In this document: piece after piece, positions 36,208 through 46,995 of the stretch
Numbering within the stretch: position 1 is the first letter of the stretch
Layout of the letters: each line of letters starts with the position of its first letter
Source of the DNA: an uncultured Pseudomonadales bacterium
GTDB taxonomy: Bacteria; Patescibacteriota; Microgenomatia; UBA1400; UBA12028
Direction of reading: 5' to 3'
Assembly (NCBI GenBank): GCA_964492495.1
Contig: CAZBKJ010000001.1
Location: 2,251 to 66,250 of the forward strand
Length of the DNA: 64,000 nucleotides
Position numbers and translations under genes: made by a program
Notes under the pieces: model-generated
Told to the model about the DNA's origin: nothing
Seen by the model: the letters and a program-made list of their open reading frames with translations, nothing else
Database searches by the model: none

Positions 36208-38832
36208 TTAAGCCACCAATGCGAGCTTCACCACTTCATCCATGTGATCGACAAAGTGTGGCGTAATATCTTTTTTGATATTCTCTGGCATTTTTGCCCA
36301 ATCTTTTGCGTTGGGTTTTGGAGCAATGATCGTACGGATCCCTGCACGGTGAGCTGCGATCACTTTTTCTTTTAGTCCTCCAATTTCAAGCACTCGTCCA
36401 CGAAGTGTTACTTCTCCAGTCATCGCGATATCATGGCGAACTGCTTTTCCAGTAAGAGCTGAGAGAACAGCAATTGTCATGGTGATTCCAGCACTAGGAC
36501 CATCTTTTGGTACGGCACCTTCTGGAACGTGGATGTGAATCTCACTTTTTTTCAGAATCTCATCGGACACTTTGAGTTTCTTTGCATTTGCCTGCACGTA
36601 GGTTAAAGCGGCTCTGGCTGACTCTTGCATGACTTTCCCAAGTTTTCCAGTCAAAATAAGATTGCCACCTTTTCGGTTCGGGATGATTGCGACTTCAACT
36701 GGGAGTGTTTCTCCGCCGACACTTGTCCACGCCATTCCGGTTGCAAGACCTATGCTGTCTTCTTTTTCCATTGACGTATCTTCGTAAATATAAGGACCCA
36801 AGAATTCCACAACTGCTTTTTCATCAACTGTGACGACAGTCTTTTTCCCTTCAGCAATAATTCGAGCAATTTTTCTACATACTTTACTGATATATCGCTC
36901 AAGACCTCTGACTCCTGCTTCTCGTGTGTAGTGACTGATGATCGAGCGAAGTACGTCATCACTGATCTTTACCTGTTTGTCAGTCAATGCATTAAACCCA
37001 ATTTGTTTTGGGAGTAGGTATCTCTTGGCAATTTCAAATTTCTCATCCATCGTATAGCCTGAGTAGCTAATAATTTCGAGACGATCACGAAGAGCGGGAG
37101 GAATCGTATCCAGGACGTTTGCGGTTGTAATAAACATGACCTGAGAGAGATCGAATGGAACGTCGAGGTAGTGATCTTCAAATCCATGGTTTTGTTCTGG
37201 GTCTAAAGCCTCAAGAAGTGCTGCAGATGGATCACCTCGATAATCAAGACCGATCTTGTCTACTTCATCAAGCATAAAGACAGGATTGAGTTTGCCAGCC
37301 TGTTTCATTCCACTGATGATGCGTCCAGGCATGGATCCCACATAGGTACGTCTGTGACCTCGAATTTCCGCTTCATCACGAATACCACCCAACGAGACTT
37401 TGACGAATTCTCGACCCAAAGCCTTGGCTATGGATTTCCCAAGGGAGGTTTTTCCAACACCAGGAGCACCAACAAAACACAAGATTGTTGGCATGTGATT
37501 TCTTTCATGCTTGGTAGGTGTCTTTGATTTGCCTTTGAGCTTATCAAGTTTTTTCTGCACACTGGCAGAAACTGATCCTGAGGATTTTTGTTCCTGATCC
37601 TGTCGAAGTTTCAAAACAGCTAAGTGCTCAAGGATACGATCTTTGACTTCCTCTAGTCCATAGTGATCACTATCCAAAATTTCTTTAGCTTTTTCTAGAG
37701 AAAACATCTTCTTACTCATTTTTCCCCACGGAAGTTCGACCAAGGTATCAAGCCAAGTTCGCACATAGCCACTTTCTGATGACATCTCAGGCATGGCAAT
37801 GAGTCGGCGAAGTTCCTTTAAGGCTTTTTTCTTGATCTCTGCAGGCATGGCGCTTCGCTGAATTGTTTTTCGAAGACTATCGAGTTCTTGTTCTTCTTCA
37901 TCTTCGTCAGAAATATCTCCCAGTTCTCGTTGGATAATTCGCATGCGTTCACGCAAAATATTTTCCTTGGCATGCTTATCAAATTTTTTCTGTGTTTTTG
38001 AGGTGATATTCTTTTCGATTTCTAAAACTTTGATTTCTTCTTCTAGATAGATCAACACGGACTGCAGTCTTTTTTGCACATCACGTTCTTCCAAGAGTGC
38101 TTGTTTTTTCTTGCTAGGTAAATCAAGGGTAGATGCGATTTGATCAGCAAGCTCAGACGGGTTGACTCCGCCCATGAGTTTCATGAAGTTTAGAAACTCC
38201 ACTGGTTTTCCTAAGTTTACGGCTTTTCGAAATTGTGTCGTTAAGATTTTGCACATCGCAGACACTTCTGCATTCTCGATAATGACATCTTCGATCGGTT
38301 CGATCTCACACTCGCTGTAACTTTCTTCAACAAATACTTTTTTAATTTTCACTCGGGTAATTGCATGGACGAGCGCGTTGAGTTCGTGTTCTCCTTTTAA
38401 GATTCGCTCAATCGATGCGATGACACCTGTCTCATAGAGGTCTTTTTGTTCAGGATCATTGGAGTTATCACGTCGTTGTGTTACTAAAACCACATTCTTT
38501 CGTGTGCGAATGGCTTCTTCGATTGCGTTGACTGATTTTGTGCGGGCAAACGCAAGAATATTTTCTGTGTGAGGAAACACAACACCTTCACGTAGTGGAA
38601 CTAATGGAAGTTTGTTGACGGGAATTTCTATTGTGGGAACACTTGGAAGTGTATTTTCTTTTTCTGGTGCTTCTTCCTTAGACGATACAGTTTCCTTTAC
38701 AGAAACTTCATCTTTTTTTACTGGTTTTTTCCCAGAAAAAATGACATTTTCGTCGTTTGAATTGGATGAATCTTTAGGGTCTGACATAGGTTTTGGCAGT
38801 TTATATTTTCGAGTGCTAAAAGTCAATCGCAA
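36208..38832 (-). CDS. lon: ATP-dependent Lon protease
   Basis: LON N-domain, AAA+ Walker [16 protein letters not shown], and a protease domain with catalytic Ser ([21 protein letters not shown]). The start may instead be the downstream MSDPKD (38787). Confidence 0.95.
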   Translation of the reverse strand: MRLTFSTRKYKLPKPMSDPKDSSNSNDENVIFSGKKPVKKDEVSVKETVSSKEEAPEKENTLPSVPTIEIPVNKLPLVPLREGVVFPHTENILAFARTKSVNAIEEAIRTRKNVVLVTQRRDNSNDPEQKDLYETGVIASIERILKGEHELNALVHAITRVKIKKVFVEESYSECEIEPIEDVIIENAEVSAMCKILTTQFRKAVNLGKPVEFLNFMKLMGGVNPSELADQIASTLDLPSKKKQALLEERDVQKRLQSVLIYLEEEIKVLEIEKNITSKTQKKFDKHAKENILRERMRIIQRELGDISDEDEEEQELDSLRKTIQRSAMPAEIKKKALKELRRLIAMPEMSSESGYVRTWLDTLVELPWGKMSKKMFSLEKAKEILDSDHYGLEEVKDRILEHLAVLKLRQDQEQKSSGSVSASVQKKLDKLKGKSKTPTKHERNHMPTILCFVGAPGVGKTSLGKSIAKALGREFVKVSLGGIRDEAEIRGHRRTYVGSMPGRIISGMKQAGKLNPVFMLDEVDKIGLDYRGDPSAALLEALDPEQNHGFEDHYLDVPFDLSQVMFITTANVLDTIPPALRDRLEIISYSGYTMDEKFEIAKRYLLPKQIGFNALTDKQVKISDDVLRSIISHYTREAGVRGLERYISKVCRKIARIIAEGKKTVVTVDEKAVVEFLGPYIYEDTSMEKEDSIGLATGMAWTSVGGETLPVEVAIIPNRKGGNLILTGKLGKVMQESARAALTYVQANAKKLKVSDEILKKSEIHIHVPEGAVPKDGPSAGITMTIAVLSALTGKAVRHDIAMTGEVTLRGRVLEIGGLKEKVIAAHRAGIRTIIAPKPNAKDWAKMPENIKKDITPHFVDHMDEVVKLALVA

Positions 38833-38889
38833 AATACAGGGAAAAACGTGAGCTTTGGGTAATATATCCTTTACATTCTCTCTTTATTC

Positions 38890-39150
38890 GTGTTTACTTT
38901 TTCTATGTTCCATACAATAGGCGAAAAGGTAGAGGTGGCTGGTGTCTATGCCAAAGGGTATTTTACCCCAAAAAAGCTCAAGTGGGGAACAAAAATCCTT
39001 CAAATAGAGAAAGTTACCCTGGTTTCTGAGATTCGAGATGGAGATACAAAGAAGAGAATCTACTCCTTTACCTCTGGAAAAGAGCTCTACAGGCTGTTAT
39101 TTGACCGAGAAACGGAAGTTTGGGTATTAGAAGAGTTGTGGGTGGAGTAA
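38890..39150 (+). CDS. hypothetical small protein
   Basis: 86 aa. The last ~8 codons and the stop lie inside repeat copy B. Confidence 0.35.
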   Translation: MFTFSMFHTIGEKVEVAGVYAKGYFTPKKLKWGTKILQIEKVTLVSEIRDGDTKKRIYSFTSGKELYRLLFDRETEVWVLEELWVE

Positions 39151-39420
39151 GGGAGAGAAAGAGGCAAGGGGTCAGAGGCAAGGGGCGAGGTATCAGAGGT
39201 CAGGGGCAAGGAGTCGGGAGATAGCAGGGGCAAGAGGTCAGAGGTCAGGTATCAGGGACGAGGCAAGTTTGTCGTTTATCGAAAGCTAGCAAGAACAGAT
39301 CTTCTCGACTACGGCCAGCTACGCTAGCCTTCGCTCAGGATGACAAACGGAGGGCTTCTCGACTGCGCTCGAAGAATAAAAGGGAAATTGCCTCAACGGC
39401 AAACTTGAGTAGTCGAAGAA
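39125..39420 (+). repeat. dispersed intergenic repeat, copy B (GA-rich degenerate ~14-nt units x6, one full core with hairpin, one core with the hairpin deleted)
   Basis: gtcagaggcaagggg / gtcaggggcaagga / gtcagaggtcaggt units; cttctcgactacggccagctacgctagccttcgctc and cttctcgactgcgctcgaagaataaaag. Confidence 0.7.
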
Positions 39421-39493
39421 AAAAGTGGGAGATTAGTAGATTAGGACAAACAAACGGGAGAGACGTAAGAGATCAGAAAAAAGAACAATTTCT

Positions 39494-40720
39494 ATGCAAA
39501 AGATTTTTTTTCATGTGGATATCAATGCGTACTTTGCGACCATGCTTCAGCAGGAAAATCCGGCCTTACGAGGAAAACCTGTGGGGGTGGTAAAAGCAGA
39601 AGGACGAACCTGTATCATCGCCTCTTCCAATGAAGCAAAAAAATTTGGAATCGCAACAGGATCGCTCGTCAAAGATGCCAGGAAACTCGCTCCTGATCTA
39701 GTGTTAATCCCAGCGAACTTTGACATCATGCTGTCTGCGACTCGAAAATTGAAAAAGATTTTTGAAGAGTTTTCACCTAGTGTGCATGTATTCTCACTGG
39801 ATGAAGTATTTTTAGATCTTACTGGCTGTGAAGCAATCATGGGAGTGCCGCTCACCTATGCTGACACGATTCAAAAACGGATCAAAGAAGTGTTGGGTGA
39901 GTGGGTGAAGTGTAATGTGGGAATTTCTCACAACAAATTACTTGCAAAAATGGCGAGTGAAATCGCCCCAAAAGGAACTGCTCTCACTATTGATGCATCA
40001 AATGTTACTGAAGTTTTATCCACGGTTGAGTTTAAGGATGTCTGTGGAATAGGAAGGGGCTTGTCAAAAAAACTACACTACTTAGGAGTTCATCACCCAA
40101 TAGAGATTAATTTGCTTGATGACAAAACTCTACACGATACCTTTGGTCCACATTGGGCAGTGGAACTCAAAAAAATTGCACGAGGGGAAGAAACACATTT
40201 GTTTACGCATGAGAAAGAAGTGACGTACCAACAATCAGTCGGGCGAACCATCACGGGGTGGAAGCTCTGTGATGATGAAGAACAGATCCAACGAGTTCTT
40301 CTCAATTTACTGGAAGAAGCGACACACAAGCTTCGGGCTATGGATTTGGTGGGACGAAAAGTAGGTGTATCTTTGTGGGGACATGACAGACATTGGGGAG
40401 AATATCGAACTTTGCAGTATTGGGTACGACATACCGATGAAATTTGGAAACTCCTCTATGATGGGATGTATAAAAAATGGAGACGAGACTTTCCGGTTAT
40501 CAAATTTGGTGTGTGGATTGGGGAGTGTAAACCAACTTCAGTAAGTCCTCAGTGTTTTCTGCCAGAATGGGAAAAGAGAGAAAAGATCTATGGTATAGTT
40601 GATAGTATTAATGATAAGTTTGGATCATTTACGCTCTATCCAGCAAAGCTATTAGGAGCCCCAATTATCAAGCCGGAAGTGACAGGATATTTGGGAGATA
40701 GAGTATATTTAGGGTTATAA
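39494..40720 (+). CDS. dinB: Y-family DNA polymerase (DinB/Pol IV-like)
   Basis: FFHVDINAYFATMLQQENPALRGKPVGVV...SLDEVFLDLTG (catalytic D..D/E motifs of ImpB/UmuC). Confidence 0.8.
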   Translation: MQKIFFHVDINAYFATMLQQENPALRGKPVGVVKAEGRTCIIASSNEAKKFGIATGSLVKDARKLAPDLVLIPANFDIMLSATRKLKKIFEEFSPSVHVFSLDEVFLDLTGCEAIMGVPLTYADTIQKRIKEVLGEWVKCNVGISHNKLLAKMASEIAPKGTALTIDASNVTEVLSTVEFKDVCGIGRGLSKKLHYLGVHHPIEINLLDDKTLHDTFGPHWAVELKKIARGEETHLFTHEKEVTYQQSVGRTITGWKLCDDEEQIQRVLLNLLEEATHKLRAMDLVGRKVGVSLWGHDRHWGEYRTLQYWVRHTDEIWKLLYDGMYKKWRRDFPVIKFGVWIGECKPTSVSPQCFLPEWEKREKIYGIVDSINDKFGSFTLYPAKLLGAPIIKPEVTGYLGDRVYLGL

Positions 40721-40725
40721 AAAAT

Positions 40726-41424
40726 ATGGCAGAAAAACAAGTTACAGAAAAACAACCTGACCGAACAGTAGTAGGAAGGCTTGTTAACTTCTTTAGACCA
40801 TCCAGGAGAGGACAAGGGCCTGCTCATTTGGAAAATGAACTGACCATATATGAACGATGGCAAAAAATGAATGCTAAAGCTATTGATGCTTCCACACCTT
40901 CCAAACAAGAAGAGGTGATTTTACCTGAGGAAAATGAAGAGCTGCAAAAAATTAAAATGTTGTCACTAGATGACCTTAGAACATTAGATGCCGAAACATT
41001 ACAGGAATATGCGTATCTGTTAGAAAAGGAAATGCAATATTTTAGATCGATGACAGAGTCACAACGAGAGTATGTTATTGATAAATTCAAAAAAAATCGT
41101 ATGTATGTAGAGATGATTAAAACGGCACTAGATGGTTTACAACCAGAGAAAAAAGAAAATAAATATTCGGAAACAGTTGATTCTCTTCTTGCTGGGGTCT
41201 CAACAGTTGTTGAGAAATATGCAAATAAAACGGAAAATGAAATGCAAGCTATTGCATCTGGGAATCTTAGTAGATTTAAGGATGAAATAAAACTCTTAAG
41301 AGAGATAAGATCTACTCTTCATGAGTTAACGCGAAACAAAATTCCGTATCAAAGGGAGTCAATAAAAAATTTGAGAAGAACTGTAGAAAAAATGGAAGAA
41401 ATTGTGCGTTTTATTGAGAGATAA
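40726..41424 (+). CDS. hypothetical alpha-helical protein
   Basis: 232 aa; AT-rich; coiled-coil-like composition. Confidence 0.4.
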   Translation: MAEKQVTEKQPDRTVVGRLVNFFRPSRRGQGPAHLENELTIYERWQKMNAKAIDASTPSKQEEVILPEENEELQKIKMLSLDDLRTLDAETLQEYAYLLEKEMQYFRSMTESQREYVIDKFKKNRMYVEMIKTALDGLQPEKKENKYSETVDSLLAGVSTVVEKYANKTENEMQAIASGNLSRFKDEIKLLREIRSTLHELTRNKIPYQRESIKNLRRTVEKMEEIVRFIER

Positions 41425-41454
41425 TGCACTCAGATATGAGATTCAAACTTTCCT

Positions 41455-42267
41455 ATGTATGAACAATCGACACCAGATCAAACGTTGGAAGTTGATAATA
41501 CCCGAAAAGGGTATGAGTCTTTCTTTGACAAAATAGATTTTAGCAAGGAATTTCCAAAGCAGGAGTATAGAGGTACATTGGAGAGTGCAATTGACGCTTT
41601 ATCAGAGGAGCTAAAGGCAGATCAACCTGATGTGGCGAGTCTTATTTTGTATCCGCCTCGATTAATGAGAGCAATTATTGATACGAGAGTAGAGTTTCCA
41701 GAGGATGAAGGTTTAATAGATCTCTATTACAAGACGCTTTTAATAATAACTTCGGTATATTCATCGGATGCAAAATCACTTAAATTACTTGGAGATTTTA
41801 GGCGACAATTGCAAGAACAACCTTCTCTACTTAAAAGAGAAATTCAACAGAAAAAAGATGCAGCAAGTTGGTATGCTGGCGAACCAGAAAATGCAGAACG
41901 AGCTGTAGGTCAACTTGAAACATTGACAGGAGGAACGGATATCGTATTTTTACCATTAGCTCACGGAGGTGTTGCAACTGGGTATGATATTTTTCTTCGT
42001 TACATTCAAAATACGTCTTCTATAAATTCTGTTGCTTTTCCTATACGGTTTTCAAGAAATAAGATGAAGGATGAAGAACCACAAGTTGATGAGGAACTAA
42101 AGGATATGATCGGAAAATTCTGTGATGGAAGAACTGTCGTGATTTATGAAGAGGATACGGTTACAGAAAAAACAATTTTATCAGCTGAGGCTTTTTTCAA
42201 AAAAAACTTTCCAGATGCAAAAATCGTTAAATTAAGCAGTTCGGATTCCATTAATTGGAGTTGGTAA
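41455..42267 (+). CDS. hypothetical protein with PRTase-like C-terminal half (weak)
   Basis: GGTDIVFLPLAHGGVATGYDIFLRY and GRTVVIYEEDTVTEKTI resemble the two type-I phosphoribosyltransferase motifs, but the PRPP loop is degenerate (TEKT instead of TGGT). Confidence 0.35.
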   Translation: MYEQSTPDQTLEVDNTRKGYESFFDKIDFSKEFPKQEYRGTLESAIDALSEELKADQPDVASLILYPPRLMRAIIDTRVEFPEDEGLIDLYYKTLLIITSVYSSDAKSLKLLGDFRRQLQEQPSLLKREIQQKKDAASWYAGEPENAERAVGQLETLTGGTDIVFLPLAHGGVATGYDIFLRYIQNTSSINSVAFPIRFSRNKMKDEEPQVDEELKDMIGKFCDGRTVVIYEEDTVTEKTILSAEAFFKKNFPDAKIVKLSSSDSINWSW

Positions 42268-42311
42268 GATATCTAAAATTTTGCATATTATATTTTTTAT
42301 AAGGAGAAAAT

Positions 42312-42725
42312 ATGAGCAACGAGTTAACAGCAGAACAACAACTTCTACAAAAAACAGGGGCTTCAAATGTTGAAGCTGTTCGTGAAGGAATGCATGCTGA
42401 TATAGCAGAAGAATATGTAGGAGAAATAGCTTTAGAACAAGGTTTGGGAAAAGAAGGATACACAAGATTAAATAAGCTACGAAAGAGTATAAATACTCTT
42501 TCTTTTATAGATTTGACAAGTACTCTTGATCAAATGTTCAATGACATTGAAGGCTCCAGTTTGGGTTCAAAGGGAAAAGCTGATGCTTTATTGGCAGTAG
42601 GAGAAGTTGTGAAAAATGCAAAGGCATCGTGGGCTACAGAGTACAGAGAGGATGTTCAAAGAATTCAGGATACGTTACAACAAAAAATCTTTGAATTATC
42701 TGTACCAAAGGTAGACAGAGATTAA
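42312..42725 (+). CDS. hypothetical protein
   Basis: 137 aa; RBS aaggag 7 nt upstream. Confidence 0.4.
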   Translation: MSNELTAEQQLLQKTGASNVEAVREGMHADIAEEYVGEIALEQGLGKEGYTRLNKLRKSINTLSFIDLTSTLDQMFNDIEGSSLGSKGKADALLAVGEVVKNAKASWATEYREDVQRIQDTLQQKIFELSVPKVDRD

Positions 42726-42740
42726 AGATTGTTTATTGTT

Positions 42741-44597
42741 TTATTGATCATACACAACAATCGACTCTTTAAGTAACCCTACATTTGTCACACTGGCTAC
42801 AGCAGTTCCAATTGTCGTGGGTCGTCGAGATTTTTTTTCCTGAATTTCTGCATTTTTTATCGTCTCGTTGTGATCATGCGAATCCGTATTTCCATGTTCA
42901 TCCATAAGTCCGAGTGTGTACTTCATCTCGCAAGCGGGACAAATACTACACTCCCCAACATACGTTGACCTGCATCCATCTGTGCGACAAACCCCTGTAT
43001 GAAATCTCGTATGATCAAGTCCAAATTTGTTGCAAAAAGAACGTAATTCACTCTCAGAAGAAATCCCTTTTTGTGATGCTGTAGAAAGCATGTCAATTGC
43101 TCCTGCTCCAAAGAGCCCATCAATTTTGCCTGTAAGCTGTGTCGGACTGAGATTTTTCATTCCACCAAGTACTGTGCCAGTTCCACAGTCAATCAGTGAT
43201 GTCACACGTGTACCGATATCTGGATAATGAATTGCTCGCAGTCCATCAAGAATATTTTTTGCGGCTAATGGATTTTGGGCATATAAAGGATCTGAAAATA
43301 TTGTTTTGTATGCTTGTAGAAGTTCTTCTACATTGAGTGTATTTGCACGAAGTGCAGAGTGCATGATTGTTTCCGTCGGCTGGGCTAATCGTTCACGAAT
43401 ACTCTTGTACAGATGTGGATACGCTGAAAGAAGTTGTTCTTCAAAATCAAAAATAGACTCTAAATACTCAATCTGAGAATCAAAGGATCGTTCTGTGGTG
43501 GTTATTACATTTTCTCCAACAGGGACTTCTGGGAAATGGCCAAGCTTCTCCACTATGAGAGAGAAAAGTGCGTGGGGAGGATAGTCTTTGTACGCCTGTG
43601 CAAGAATGGAAATTTGCGCGAGGATGTCTGTGGGACTTTCTGGTAGCGGAAAGTGGTTTTCTGCTAGCGTATGAAATTGAGCAATCTCATGGTTTTTGTA
43701 GGCCGTAAAAAATCCAGCTTCTAAAAACACAAAAGAGTCTGTTTTGGGGATGTACACCAGTCGCATGTGCCTTGCGATACTTGTTTCTCCTTTGTGGTAG
43801 GCAAAAAACCGAGGAGAAGTCAGAATCAAGCGCTCTGGATGTTCATACATCTCTACATACGCATCATCACCAAGGCTTGGAAGGAGTGCTTGTAAGCCCT
43901 CTGATACCAATGCATGTTCATCAGAGTTTCGATGGATAAATCCCTTCAAAAGAAGCTCTTGAACAAGAGCCTTTTTGTCTGGATATCCAATATACTGCTC
44001 AATGCCTAAAAGCAGTTTTTGCCACGAGCGTTCCCATGTGGAGAATTCTTGTTTGTACCGGTCTCTAATGAGCGGATGCGGTTCGTTTTCCTGCTGAGCA
44101 TGCTGTCCAGCGATCACATCATTGTAAAAGAGATTGGAGAAGACAATGCGATCTGATTGCTCATTGAGTCCCGGGACTGCAAACGCTCGACTCACAAGAG
44201 TACCGTACTCATGAATATGTTTGGCGCCAATTCCTTCTTGGGTATAGGTACGAATATTGGTACTCAGCAACGCTCGTCGTCGTTCTTTCGCCAATTCTCT
44301 AGAGATCCCAGATTGCAGATCTTGAAGGTATTTTTCAAAAACAGCGAACGCACTGAAATCCTCTATTTTTGGCTTGGATAAGCGCTCGGTGATTTTTTGA
44401 AAAAAAGACCGTTCCGGTGGTGGTTGGTAGGAATGTGGTGAACGCTCAGATCGTAGCATAGTATGTATGCCCGAGTGAGTGTTTACTGTGAGTACCCAAC
44501 AGACGATGTCTGAAGGAAGAAGGAGTAAAACTGTACGAAAAAAAGGGAAAAAAACTATCAAGACAAACCCTTTTCTCGCCCTGCTCGGGGATTTCAA
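42741..44597 (-). CDS. large hypothetical protein with C-terminal Cys-rich zinc-ribbon-like motif
   Basis: 618 aa; HTGVCRTDGCRSTYVGECSICPAC; LIDCGTGTVLGGMKNL; no family recognised. Confidence 0.45.
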   Translation of the reverse strand: MKSPSRARKGFVLIVFFPFFRTVLLLLPSDIVCWVLTVNTHSGIHTMLRSERSPHSYQPPPERSFFQKITERLSKPKIEDFSAFAVFEKYLQDLQSGISRELAKERRRALLSTNIRTYTQEGIGAKHIHEYGTLVSRAFAVPGLNEQSDRIVFSNLFYNDVIAGQHAQQENEPHPLIRDRYKQEFSTWERSWQKLLLGIEQYIGYPDKKALVQELLLKGFIHRNSDEHALVSEGLQALLPSLGDDAYVEMYEHPERLILTSPRFFAYHKGETSIARHMRLVYIPKTDSFVFLEAGFFTAYKNHEIAQFHTLAENHFPLPESPTDILAQISILAQAYKDYPPHALFSLIVEKLGHFPEVPVGENVITTTERSFDSQIEYLESIFDFEEQLLSAYPHLYKSIRERLAQPTETIMHSALRANTLNVEELLQAYKTIFSDPLYAQNPLAAKNILDGLRAIHYPDIGTRVTSLIDCGTGTVLGGMKNLSPTQLTGKIDGLFGAGAIDMLSTASQKGISSESELRSFCNKFGLDHTRFHTGVCRTDGCRSTYVGECSICPACEMKYTLGLMDEHGNTDSHDHNETIKNAEIQEKKSRRPTTIGTAVASVTNVGLLKESIVVYDQ

Positions 44598-44705
44598 GAA
44601 AATATGTATCGGGTCTGGCTATACAGTAGCGGCACTGCTTGCGGTTTAAACGCAATTCCGATGTGGAGTTTGTTATACGCAGTTTGAAAAAGACAATCAA
44701 GTAGT

Positions 44706-45266
44706 TCAAACCACATCATCTTTTTTTTCTACCTCAAAGGGTCGTTCTGCTGATCCCAGTTGTGCATTGACCGTGCATCGAAGCACGTAGAGAAAATCAG
44801 ATAATCGATTGATGTACTGAAGTATACGTGGAGAAACATTTTCTTGCAGGCTATAGGAAACGATCAGTCGTTCACATCGTCTGCACACAGTTCTTGCGAT
44901 ATCAAGATATGCACCTTCTTCACTTCCTCCTGGGAGTAAAAATTTTGTTGCCCACTGTCCATCTTTTTCTAACTCTGTTTGAAGCAGGTGCACTTGTGCT
45001 TCTAGTTGTTCAAGTTTCTTTTTGTGTAGGAGTGTTTTATGTGAGCCAGCAATTTCTGCTCCAATATGAAAAAGAGTATCTTGAATTTCAAAGAGAATTT
45101 TTTGTGAGGGGGAAGCTGAGAGTTTTACCGCACATAATCCAAGATGAGAATTCAGTTCATCAAGTGTTCCAAGCACTTCAAAAATGAGATTGCTTTTGGA
45201 AAGTCGCTGCCCGTTGGCTAGCCCGCTCTCTCCTTTGTCACCGGTTTTTGTAGAGACTGATTGCAT
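44706..45266 (-). CDS. ATP:cob(I)alamin adenosyltransferase, PduO-type
   Basis: TKTGDKGESGLANGQRLSKSNLIFEVLGTLDELNSHLG matches the PduO/MMAB N-terminal signature. Confidence 0.75.
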   Translation of the reverse strand: MQSVSTKTGDKGESGLANGQRLSKSNLIFEVLGTLDELNSHLGLCAVKLSASPSQKILFEIQDTLFHIGAEIAGSHKTLLHKKKLEQLEAQVHLLQTELEKDGQWATKFLLPGGSEEGAYLDIARTVCRRCERLIVSYSLQENVSPRILQYINRLSDFLYVLRCTVNAQLGSAERPFEVEKKDDVV

Positions 45267-45269
45267 AGG

Positions 45270-45953
45270 TTAGATTTTACTTCCTCCAAAAATAAAAACG
45301 ACAGCAAGTCCTTGAATCCCGATACCCACATGACTCCACGCGGTATTTAACTGGTTTTTGTTGTGCCCTTCGTCAGACGCATAGATCCATTCGATTTGAT
45401 GGACACCAATGAGCTTGTATCCGTATCCAGAGTTTTCACCCAATGACCAAAATCCTAGCGCCCGTACATTATCTTCACTCTCAACATATTCGATAAAACC
45501 TTTGTGCTTATCGGTTGTTTTGATGAAGTTGAGATGTTTGGCTCGATCTGATGCAAAGGAAGCCAGTCTGTCATCCCACGTCAGGGGTCCCGCACTATGG
45601 CGCTCTCTATATGCATTAAGCGCTTGCAAGGTCTCCTGTGGAGTCGCCATGCGTTCGTCTTCCCCGATCTTCATAGTCCACGTTACATCATCAATTTGCT
45701 GTGCAACTCCCCAAGGTCGCGTATCTGCAGGTTGGGTTTTCTTTACAGCCGGCTTTGGAGAAGGCGCGAGTGTAGCGACTATTGATTCTTCTGGCAACTC
45801 TACAGACAGAGAAGTGGGGGAAGGAGAAACAACTGGAATCGACTCATATGACGGAAATCTCAGCTGATCCCCAAACTCTGAAAGCAAGAATAGATCCACT
45901 CCTGCCAACACACTTAAGATAGTTATTCGTAGTGCGAATTTTTTCGACATCAT
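45270..45953 (-). CDS. secreted CAP/SCP/PR1-like domain protein
   Basis: N-terminal TM/signal; LNAYRERHSAGPLTWDDRLASFASDRAKH...HKGF...LGENSGYGY (CAP motifs). Confidence 0.7.
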   Translation of the reverse strand: MMSKKFALRITILSVLAGVDLFLLSEFGDQLRFPSYESIPVVSPSPTSLSVELPEESIVATLAPSPKPAVKKTQPADTRPWGVAQQIDDVTWTMKIGEDERMATPQETLQALNAYRERHSAGPLTWDDRLASFASDRAKHLNFIKTTDKHKGFIEYVESEDNVRALGFWSLGENSGYGYKLIGVHQIEWIYASDEGHNKNQLNTAWSHVGIGIQGLAVVFIFGGSKI

Positions 45954-45963
45954 TATCCCTCTA

Positions 45964-46371
45964 TTGTACCGGAAAGAAGATAATGGGTCATTTCAGTTGT
46001 ATACTGAGCTCATGAATAAACGCGCCATGTATTTTCTTCTGAGTTTTTTGTGTGTTGGCCTCGCTTTGTTACTTGCGACTCGTACATTTTTTTCGGTGCG
46101 ACATAGGCCATTTCCCTTGCCGCGAGAAACAAATAGTAGTCTGATCCAAGACTGGATGACAATAACGTATGTATCAAGAACATACGGAGTCCCGGATCGA
46201 GTTTTTGCTGAAAAACTTTCGATTGATGAGAGCAAGCTTCGCAGAGTAAGCATCAAAGAACTTGCCCGATCAGAATCAATAGACACTGCAACACTTCTCA
46301 TCAAAATTCAAGAAATCATTCGTGATTTTCAAGCTGAACATACAGCCCCACCCAAACCACCACAACCATAA
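45964..46371 (+). CDS. hypothetical membrane-anchored protein
   Basis: 135 aa; one TM helix; Pro-rich C-terminus. Confidence 0.35.
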   Translation: MYRKEDNGSFQLYTELMNKRAMYFLLSFLCVGLALLLATRTFFSVRHRPFPLPRETNSSLIQDWMTITYVSRTYGVPDRVFAEKLSIDESKLRRVSIKELARSESIDTATLLIKIQEIIRDFQAEHTAPPKPPQP

Positions 46372-46995
46372 ATGACTCAAATACTTCACATTTTCTTGAC
46401 ACTGCTTTTACTCTACGGATATCCTGTAGTTGCCTTGATCGTGTTTGTCGGTACCCTGGGCATTCCACTCCCTGTAACGTCGATTTTGTTAGCTGCAGGA
46501 TCATTTAGCAGTGAGGGGATTCTCAATGGCTATGTTTTGGTAGCCACAATCACAATTACTGCAGTTATTGGAGACATTCTTGGGTATTTTGTCGGCTTAA
46601 AAGTGGGGAAGGAGAGGATAGAGCTTCATGGTAAAAGGCTGGGATTCACTGCTACTCGTCTTTTACATGTAGATGTCTTTTTTCACAAATGGGGTGGAGG
46701 AAGTATTTTTATTTCTCGCTGGTTGATTACACCCCTGTGTGTCCCAATTAATTTGATTGCTGGAATTGAGAAATATTCTTTCAAAAAATTCTTACTTTAT
46801 GTGATTTCAGGAGAGTTGTTGTGGGCGAGTATGTATACCTACTTAGGGTATATATTTGGAGCAAACTGGCAAGTACTTTTAGACTATATTTCCAATGCTC
46901 CACTAATCTTCGCGCTTCTTTTTACTGCATTCTTCTTACTTTTTTTGGCAGTGCGAATGAAAAGGAGAGGAAAAATTATTCATTTGAGCAAATAA
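46372..46995 (+). CDS. DedA/TVP38 family membrane protein
   Basis: VTT-domain pattern (GIPLPVTSILLAAG...GYFVG...RWLITPLCVPINLIAG). Confidence 0.8.
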   Translation: MTQILHIFLTLLLLYGYPVVALIVFVGTLGIPLPVTSILLAAGSFSSEGILNGYVLVATITITAVIGDILGYFVGLKVGKERIELHGKRLGFTATRLLHVDVFFHKWGGGSIFISRWLITPLCVPINLIAGIEKYSFKKFLLYVISGELLWASMYTYLGYIFGANWQVLLDYISNAPLIFALLFTAFFLLFLAVRMKRRGKIIHLSK

